Shown piece by piece: positions 25,991 to 31,482 of a stretch of DNA of 31,482 nt; within the stretch, counting starts at the first letter, position 1, and the number at the start of each line of letters is the position of its first letter. This DNA comes from Promethearchaeota archaeon (lineage in GTDB: Archaea; Asgardarchaeota; Lokiarchaeia; Sigyniarchaeales; SOKP01). The translations under genes and the position numbers were made by a program. The notes beneath the pieces were generated by a model. That model was not told the DNA's origin. It made no database searches and saw nothing but the letters and a program-made list of their open reading frames with translations. Where the stretch lies: the NCBI GenBank assembly GCA_048938005.1, contig JBHLMQ010000037.1:1-31482 (forward strand), read 5' to 3'.

Positions 25991-28942
25991 ATGGCAAATA
26001 AGAGCCTTTCTGGTATAGATAAACGGGAATTCAAATATTTTGAAGGGTTAGAAATTGGTGCTGTTTCAGTAAAATGGGTTCGTAGAACGGAAGATGGAAC
26101 GATATTCAGCGAAATTATACGGCATGAAGGTTATCCAGAAAAAAAGGTAAAGGAAATTTTCGAACGCTATAAATCTAATTATAATTCAAGAATTGTTATT
26201 ACTGGTCATGCGGCAAAGCGTTTTCTTAATCTACCCTACTATTCTGAGGTTGAGTGTCTTGAAAAAGCATTATCATTTTATAACCTAAAGCCTAATATTC
26301 TACTTTCTCTTGGTGGAGAAACATTTAGTGTTTATCCAATGAAAAATGGAATTATAAAGAATATCATCGCTACTACTAAGTGTGCTGCTGGTACAGGCGA
26401 GTTCATTGTCCAACAGCTTCAAAGGATGGGAATGACAATTGATGAAGGAATAAATGCTAGTTTATACGGGGAGTTTACTCCGCTCGCAACACGCTGCTCT
26501 GTTCACTGTAAATCCGATGCGACTCATAAGCTTAATAAGGGTGAATGCAAACCAGAAGATATTGCAAAAACTTTAATTCACGATTTAGCGAGAAAGGTTA
26601 GCCAAATGATTGATTCAGCACAGTGGTCAACAGATTTAATTGTAATATCTGGAGGAGTTGCTTTAAACAAAATTTTTATTGAAAGTCTACAAAATTTTCT
26701 TATCAGCTCGGAAATCAAAATCCTCCCTGAGAGTCCTTTTCTTGAAGTCTTTGGAGCTTCTCTATACGCATCCGAGTTTCAAGAAGAAATCCCCCCTCCT
26801 GAAAAATGGTTCAAAAAATCAACTGATGAATTCGAAAGTCATGAACCACTCACAAATGCTGAATCTCTCTTGGATTATCGTGTTAACACAAATGCTCAAG
26901 GAAAAATAATTGAAGGTGATTCATATATCCTCGGGATAGATGCAGGTTCAACCACAACTAAGGCAGTTTTATTTAACGTTTCTGATGATTCAGTAGGGGC
27001 AAGTATATATTTAAGAACTTTGGGTAACCCTATATTGGCAACAAAACAATGTCTTAACGGACTCATAGATCAGTTAGGAGAAAAATCCATTAAGATAATT
27101 CAATGTGGTGTTACTGGTTCAGCAAGAGAGATGGTCTCAGTTTATTTAGATAATTGTCGGAGCTTTAATGAGATACTAACACATGCTAGATCAGCTGTTG
27201 AAGAAGTAGCAAATGTAGATACTGTATTTGAAATTGGTGGTCAAGATTCCAAGTTTATTTCATTTTTAAAAGGTGTGCCTATTGATTATGCAATGAATGA
27301 AGGATGTTCAGCTGGAACAGGAAGTTTCCTTGAGGAGTCTGCTTCAGTTGATATGGGTATCCCTGTTGAAGATATTAGTAAAATCGCTCTAGAGAGCTTA
27401 AACCCTATTGCATTTGGTGAAAGATGTGCCGCTTTCATTAACACTGATTTAAGAAATGCACTACAACAAGGTGCCAAACAAGAGGATGTTGTTGCTGGTC
27501 TTGTTTATTCAATAGCAGAAAATTATATTTCTCGTATTATTGGTCCTCGTCATGTAGGGAAAAATCTTCTTTTTCTTGGGGGGGTAGCTTTAAATAGATC
27601 CGTTGCTTTAGCCATAGCTGCTCGCTTGCAGCAAAAAGTGATCGTCCCAGCTCATCCTGAACTAATGGGTAGCGTGGGAACTGCTCTCATGACGCGTGAT
27701 CTTTTACAAGAGGGAGTGATTTCTAAACGAGAGTTTAATCTTAGTAATTTAGTAAAGGGTGAAATGGAATTAAGAAAAGTTTTTAGATGTAAAGCATGTG
27801 AAAACAATTGCGAAATTCAAAATATATCTATAAGAGGGAAGCATTACCCTTTTGGAGGAGTGTGCTCAAAATATAGATTAATACGCCAAAAGGGTAAGAA
27901 AATAAAGGAAGGCCTTGATTTAGTAGAATTACGAAATATCATGATGTTAGGAGAATTCGGCCCCCAAACCGTTAAAAATCCGCGTGGTACAATTGGTCTT
28001 CCAATGACGTTAACAACTCATGTGCTTTTCCCTTTATATACAAAATTTATTAATGAACTTGGTTATAATGTATTGTTATCTAAACCTTCAAAGCTAGGTA
28101 ATACAAAAACGTTAGCAGCTATATGCTATCCATGTGAACTGGTTCACGGTGCAATTCTCGACCTTTTGAATCAAGATGTTGATTTTATTTTCTTACCTCG
28201 AGTTATTGAGTTAGAAATTCCAAAAGGTTATATTCATGGATATACCTGCCCTTCTACTACTGTCATTCCAGATGTTATACGTGCTGCATTTGAAACAGAG
28301 AAAGATAAAATTCTATCACCACATCTAGGTCTTTCAAAAGATCTCATTAATACGACGATAAGGGAATTAGGGAGAATTGCCACCATTTTAGGCTTAAAAA
28401 ATGATTTAGGTCAAGAAGCTGGAAAGAAAGCCATCGCCCACTATAAGAAGTTTATGATGAAATTCAGAGAATTAGGAAAAGAAAATTTAAAAAAATTGAT
28501 AGAAGAGCCAACAATTATTATTGCAGGAAGGCCTTACATCATTTATCCTTCAAATATTAATTTAGCTCTTCCTAGGAAGATTATAAGCAGAGGATATAAT
28601 ACAATTCCCGCAGATATGTTACCTCAGATAAGTGATAATGAGGTTCATAAAAGAAATGCCTGGAGTTTTACTCAGCAAATAAGTAATGCAGTAAAATATG
28701 CTAAAAAGTATCCTAATTTATACATTTGTTTTGTCTCCTGCTTTTCATGTGGTCCTGATGCTATTATGTATCACCATTTTCGAGATGAATTGGTAGGTAA
28801 TACGTTCTGTTATCTTGAAATAGACTCGCACACGGCACATGCGGGTTTTGAAACAAGAGTGGGTGCGTTCTTAGATATTATTGAGGAAAGGCGTCGAAAA
28901 ATAGATAAAAATTATTCACAAATTCTAACTTTGACAATTTAA
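25991..28942 (+). CDS. PlsA/Ger-like protein: two ASKHA CoA-activase domains + Fe-S linker + DUF2229 reductase domain
   Basis: Activase 1: GLEIGAVSVK, KCAAGTG, RCSVHC. Activase 2: GIDAGSTTTK, EIGGQDSK, MNEGCSAGTG, RCAAF. Linker CKACENNC...C. Reductase: CYPCE, YTCP, AGRPY, FSCGPD, EIDSHTAHAGFETRVGAF. Confidence 0.85.
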   Translation: MANKSLSGIDKREFKYFEGLEIGAVSVKWVRRTEDGTIFSEIIRHEGYPEKKVKEIFERYKSNYNSRIVITGHAAKRFLNLPYYSEVECLEKALSFYNLKPNILLSLGGETFSVYPMKNGIIKNIIATTKCAAGTGEFIVQQLQRMGMTIDEGINASLYGEFTPLATRCSVHCKSDATHKLNKGECKPEDIAKTLIHDLARKVSQMIDSAQWSTDLIVISGGVALNKIFIESLQNFLISSEIKILPESPFLEVFGASLYASEFQEEIPPPEKWFKKSTDEFESHEPLTNAESLLDYRVNTNAQGKIIEGDSYILGIDAGSTTTKAVLFNVSDDSVGASIYLRTLGNPILATKQCLNGLIDQLGEKSIKIIQCGVTGSAREMVSVYLDNCRSFNEILTHARSAVEEVANVDTVFEIGGQDSKFISFLKGVPIDYAMNEGCSAGTGSFLEESASVDMGIPVEDISKIALESLNPIAFGERCAAFINTDLRNALQQGAKQEDVVAGLVYSIAENYISRIIGPRHVGKNLLFLGGVALNRSVALAIAARLQQKVIVPAHPELMGSVGTALMTRDLLQEGVISKREFNLSNLVKGEMELRKVFRCKACENNCEIQNISIRGKHYPFGGVCSKYRLIRQKGKKIKEGLDLVELRNIMMLGEFGPQTVKNPRGTIGLPMTLTTHVLFPLYTKFINELGYNVLLSKPSKLGNTKTLAAICYPCELVHGAILDLLNQDVDFIFLPRVIELEIPKGYIHGYTCPSTTVIPDVIRAAFETEKDKILSPHLGLSKDLINTTIRELGRIATILGLKNDLGQEAGKKAIAHYKKFMMKFRELGKENLKKLIEEPTIIIAGRPYIIYPSNINLALPRKIISRGYNTIPADMLPQISDNEVHKRNAWSFTQQISNAVKYAKKYPNLYICFVSCFSCGPDAIMYHHFRDELVGNTFCYLEIDSHTAHAGFETRVGAFLDIIEERRRKIDKNYSQILTLTI

Positions 28943-28952
28943 AACTAAAATC

Positions 28953-30359
28953 ATGACTGAAATTAAACAACCTGAAAATTTAGAAATAATCCGAAAAGTC
29001 AACCAAGCACGATTTTCGAAAGATTTTAAGTATATTTTAGATAGTGATGGTCAAAAAGTAGAGTATGATGATCCAAGAATAGTCTTTGTTAATACATGTG
29101 CCCGAAATCCTTATGGAAAACGTCTTGTTATAGACTTGTATGAAAAATATAATCGTAGAATTAGAATTAGCGAAGATACTGATTATAAAATTTTACAGTA
29201 CGGTAAAAAGATTTGTTCTGGACGTGAATGTGTTGTCACTGTTGCTGTAGCTGGCGCAGTTTTAAAGGATATTAATGAGAATCGAAAAGATAACGAGATC
29301 ACTATATATATAGCACCAATTGATCAATATGGTCCTTGTCAGAATGGGGCATGGCCAGTACTTTGGAATTCATTAGCTAAGAGAATAAATTTGAAAAACA
29401 TCATATATAACGCTTGGCCCAAGTATTCTAACAATTACTTAGGATTGCCCCAAGATCTACTAGCCTTCGAGAACATTAATTTCATCATAGGACACGCCCT
29501 AACCGAAGTTAGAAATGCATTGCAATGCGTTGCTGAAGAAAAGAATGTGGCTTTGAAGGAATTTGAAGATATAACAGATACCTTTATTGAAAATGTAAAA
29601 CAAGGAAAAAAAACCTTAAAAACAGGCTTAATTCAATGGGCAAAAGAAATAGTTAAAATACCTCTCATGTCTACCGTTGAAGAAACCACTAAAATACTAA
29701 TTTTTGGTGGAATAAATTTATTGTTTGACCATTATCCTATAGAAAATTTTTTCCTCGAAAAAGGGATCATTGTAAAAGTTGTTGACTTAACTGAGTTTTT
29801 GAGTGTATTACTAGCTGAAAGTACCATAAGGTTTGGCTTTAAGAAGGGTATTACCAATCCGAAGCAACAATTTAAGGAGATATTAACCGATTTTTCTGAA
29901 CTAAATGAGGGAGACAGAAGAGAAGCTGGAAGAGCAAGAGCTAAGCAAAACGCAATACAGATTCTAAATTCCCAGTGTAAAGGTTATCGAAAAATAATTG
30001 GAAAATCTGGTTTGCTGTTTGATTCACATGTAGATATCGTAGAAATCCTGGAAGAAGGAAATAAATACGTATCCTCAAATAGTTATACCGAAACTCCTGT
30101 AATTACAGGTAGGTTCATACATTCAATTAAAGAGGGGATCTACGACGGCCTTATTAATCTTGGTACGTTTAACTGCCAACCAGCTATGAACTCACAAGCC
30201 ATCATACGTCCTCTAGCGAATAAGTGTGAGATTCCTTATGCTGCGATAGATTGTGAAGGTCCGTGGATATCAACAAATCAACGTAGGCTTCTTGAAACCA
30301 TTGCCATTCAAGCTAAGAGAGTGCGCAAAAGGAAGAATGAACTATTAACTAAGAGATAG
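28953..30359 (+). CDS. PlsR-like second reductase/dehydratase subunit
   Basis: 10 nt downstream of the PlsA-like gene; GKKICSGREC, GPCQNG, DGLINLGTFNCQP, PYAAIDCEG, RLLET. Confidence 0.72.
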   Translation: MTEIKQPENLEIIRKVNQARFSKDFKYILDSDGQKVEYDDPRIVFVNTCARNPYGKRLVIDLYEKYNRRIRISEDTDYKILQYGKKICSGRECVVTVAVAGAVLKDINENRKDNEITIYIAPIDQYGPCQNGAWPVLWNSLAKRINLKNIIYNAWPKYSNNYLGLPQDLLAFENINFIIGHALTEVRNALQCVAEEKNVALKEFEDITDTFIENVKQGKKTLKTGLIQWAKEIVKIPLMSTVEETTKILIFGGINLLFDHYPIENFFLEKGIIVKVVDLTEFLSVLLAESTIRFGFKKGITNPKQQFKEILTDFSELNEGDRREAGRARAKQNAIQILNSQCKGYRKIIGKSGLLFDSHVDIVEILEEGNKYVSSNSYTETPVITGRFIHSIKEGIYDGLINLGTFNCQPAMNSQAIIRPLANKCEIPYAAIDCEGPWISTNQRRLLETIAIQAKRVRKRKNELLTKR

Positions 30360-30387
30360 CAATTTTAAAAAATATATAGAAATAGCA

Positions 30388-30912
30388 TTAACTAACGTCT
30401 CTCTTAATTTTACCTTGCAGCCATCCGATTTTGTTTGTTTGAATATTATCAAACGCAGGAATAAACGGTTTTAAATCTAATATGGGTGTTTTATCTAATA
30501 TATCAACATTTTGTACAAGGATTTCATTTTCTTCAATTTTTACAATTTCTAAGATTGAAAGTCCTATAGGATTGGGACGGAATGGTGTTCGAATAGCAAA
30601 AACGCCTTTCTTCTCATTATCCAAGAAAGGTTTTGATTGAAGTGGAACAGGTAATTTTACCATATCAAAATAGTATAAACAATAGAGATGAGAGAAGTCA
30701 ACCAAGTCTTTTAAGCCCAACTGATATTCATGAAAAATTTCAATTTTACCTTTAATGTCTGACATTGAAGATTGGATTGGGATGCCTTTAAGAGATTTAA
30801 AGGGGGTGTGAATAATACCTATTGGCTTAAAACATATTTGATCAGGAAATTTCCGGTCTTTAAAATCAATTAATTCACGATTTATGATTTTCATAAGAAC
30901 TAGATAATTCAA
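30388..30912 (-). CDS. tsaA: tRNA m6t6A37 methyltransferase TrmO/TsaA family
   Basis: KPIGIIHTPF, PIQS, GLKDLVDFSH, GVFAIRTPFRPNPIGLS, DILDKTPILDLKP. Confidence 0.9.
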   Translation of the reverse strand: MNYLVLMKIINRELIDFKDRKFPDQICFKPIGIIHTPFKSLKGIPIQSSMSDIKGKIEIFHEYQLGLKDLVDFSHLYCLYYFDMVKLPVPLQSKPFLDNEKKGVFAIRTPFRPNPIGLSILEIVKIEENEILVQNVDILDKTPILDLKPFIPAFDNIQTNKIGWLQGKIKRDVS

Positions 30913-30934
30913 AGAAAGAAAAGATTTTCCAATA

Positions 30935-31482
30935 TTAGAGAAAGGGGTAGAAATATTTAATTAAGAATTCTCTTTCAGGAACCTTTCTATTTGAAAAATC
31001 TTCTTTCAAATTTGAAATATCATAAGAGATATTCTTGAAAGATACATTCATCTTCTGATCATCAATCTGCAATAGGCAAAAACTCATTTTCGGTTCTTTA
31101 GTAATGCTAAGAGAGCCGGGGTTTATAATTATTTTACCTTTTGTAGCAATATATAATTGCTCATGGGAATGACCAATCAAAACAATATCCACATCTTTAG
31201 GATAATCATTTATGAATTCATCTAATGATTTCCTTTGGTATAATGAGATATTTTCTTGCATAGAGCGGTTAGGAATATCATAAAAGTGTGAATGAAGCAT
31301 GAGCAATTTTTTATTATTTACAGTGAAAGTCATGGATGTTGGCATTTCCTCAATTTGTTTAATTAAATCTTTTCCCAGTTGATTTACAGTCCATTCACGG
31401 TGGGGTTCAATTCCTTGAGGCCATTCATTTTTTCTTTTTCCAAGTACAATCATTTCATTATTTCCAATGATGTTTATGAACC
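30935..31482 (-). CDS. Calcineurin-like metallophosphoesterase (YfcE/MJ0936-like), 5'-truncated by the window edge
   Basis: The frame is open to the edge (FINIIGNNEM...); motifs GNNE, LMLHS, IGHSH, INPGS. Confidence 0.85.
   Translation of the reverse strand, partial: FINIIGNNEMIVLGKRKNEWPQGIEPHREWTVNQLGKDLIKQIEEMPTSMTFTVNNKKLLMLHSHFYDIPNRSMQENISLYQRKSLDEFINDYPKDVDIVLIGHSHEQLYIATKGKIIINPGSLSITKEPKMSFCLLQIDDQKMNVSFKNISYDISNLKEDFSNRKVPEREFLIKYFYPFL

Noticed and set aside
461-27477. Short ORF-track entries nested in or antisense to long genes (461-643, 1630-1824, 3962-4183, 5738-5944, 14799-15110, 16673-17038, 17238-17432, 17946-18137, 17956-18177, 19059-19307, 20400-20585, 21553-21741, 23986-24168, 25400-25693, 26679-26909, 27286-27477)
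   Set aside because: Shadow ORFs fully overlapping well-supported CDS, with no recognisable motifs.

Overview
AT-rich archaeal chromosomal window, very probably an Asgard archaeon (Lokiarchaeia-like). The basis is two surface proteins with IPGY-TM-basic (Loki-CTERM-type) tails and three Ras-superfamily small GTPases, one fused to a longin-like domain. About 23 CDS. I saw no rRNA, tRNA, CRISPR array or mobile element. The content is NosD/beta-helix surface proteins, fatty-acyl and amino-acid catabolism (acyl-CoA dehydrogenase, crotonase, acyl-CoA ligase, tryptophanase, HypD-like glycyl radical enzyme) and RNA-related genes (2H phosphoesterase, PUA/MCT-1, TrmO). Two candidate systems stand out. 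(1) A Rab-like GTPase with a degenerate G3 is fused to a predicted ribbon-helix-helix DNA-binding domain, and its own promoter carries two matching GTAC-N7-GTAC palindromes flanking a TATA box, suggesting an autoregulated small-GTPase transcription factor. (2) A lipid locus (HAD, tandem double PlsC, DUF2229 reductase-like subunit, PlsA/Ger-like, PlsR-like) resembles bacterial anaerobic plasmalogen/ether-lipid synthesis, here in an archaeon. A long G-U-rich hairpin at 13536-13698 is a candidate structured RNA. All assignments come from manual motif reading; no searches were run.
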